Shown: positions 63,882 through 64,000 of the stretch, one piece after another
Layout of the letters: the number at the start of each line of letters is the position of its first letter
Position numbering within the stretch: position 1 is the first letter of the stretch
Virus record (IMG/VR): IMGVR_UViG_3300010401_000032
Location: 90,145-154,144 of that record
Direction: 5' to 3' (one strand)
Origin: a virus
Lineage: Duplodnaviria; Heunggongvirae; Uroviricota; Caudoviricetes
Length of the DNA: 64,000 nt
Program-made: the position numbers and the translations under genes
Notes under the pieces: model-generated
Seen by the model: only the letters and a program-made list of their open reading frames with translations
Databases searched by the model: none
Told to the model about the DNA's origin: nothing

Positions 63882-63893
63882 ATAGTACTCTAA
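63882..63893 (-). promoter_or_regulatory. Candidate late-promoter variant TTAGAGTACTAT
   Basis: Two mismatches to consensus; intergenic, right after the upstream stop, 18 nt before ATG 63863. Confidence 0.35.
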
Positions 63894-63895
63894 AA

Positions 63896-64000
63896 TTAGG
63901 CACGTAATAGATCTGGTTTATGTTCTATATGTTCTAATATTGCAGTTTGTGTCCAAGAAGATATCATAAATTGTCTACGCATCTCCCTAGTGGGTATCTT
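63896..64000 (-). CDS. C-terminal fragment of an upstream gene (possibly portal)
   Basis: Open frame KIPTREMRRQFMISSWTQTAILEHIEHKPDLLRA*. The portal guess rests only on position upstream of the head genes. Confidence 0.5.
   Translation of the reverse strand, partial: KIPTREMRRQFMISSWTQTAILEHIEHKPDLLRA

Noticed and set aside
528-63885. Plus-strand ORFs and short nested minus-strand ORFs in the track
   Set aside because: All lie opposite or inside longer minus-strand genes with clear motifs, lack SD context and have atypical composition: shadow ORFs.
1-64000. Stop-codon reassignment (common in some large phages)
   Set aside because: Genes are full length under code 11; TAA, TGA and TAG (e.g. 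30921, 42128) all end genes cleanly.
1-64000. tRNA, rRNA, CRISPR array, integrase, DGR reverse transcriptase
   Set aside because: No T-loop/anticodon cloverleaf, no spaced direct repeats and no recombinase or RT motifs seen; intergenic gaps are too short. tRNAscan was not run.

Overview
A 64-kb segment of a large tailed dsDNA bacteriophage (probably siphovirus-like; about 41% GC by eye). Every credible gene is on the minus strand and tightly packed. In transcription order (64000 to 1): head module (C-terminus of a probable portal, prohead protease-scaffold, decoration protein, HK97-like major capsid protein, head-tail joining proteins); tail module (tube, two paralogous chaperone-like genes, 1738-aa tape measure, tail-tip proteins including a 1641-aa 4xLamG+PKD protein); a host-like replication module (RecA, DnaB, DnaG, Cas4/RecB-like nuclease, ClpP, DnaE); then a sigma factor heading a ~19-kb glycosylation island (about 11 glycosyltransferase-like genes, 4 SAM methyltransferases, Gmd and Fcl for GDP-L-fucose, an IMPDH/GMPR-family enzyme, a HAD phosphatase). 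Main hypothesis: a self-contained virion-glycosylation system. The soluble glycosylation machinery co-occurs with a strong excess of Ser-Gly(-Ile/Leu/Val) motifs in tail/tail-tip proteins, and this excess is absent from the tape measure and capsid protein. Also visible: a transcription cascade with two near-identical sigma70-type promoters that appear to make leaderless mRNAs, and a recurrent TTAGTGTATTAT motif before structural genes (candidate late promoter for the phage sigma factor). No tRNA, rRNA, CRISPR array, integrase or intein was recognised. All family calls come from motif recognition by eye, not database searches.
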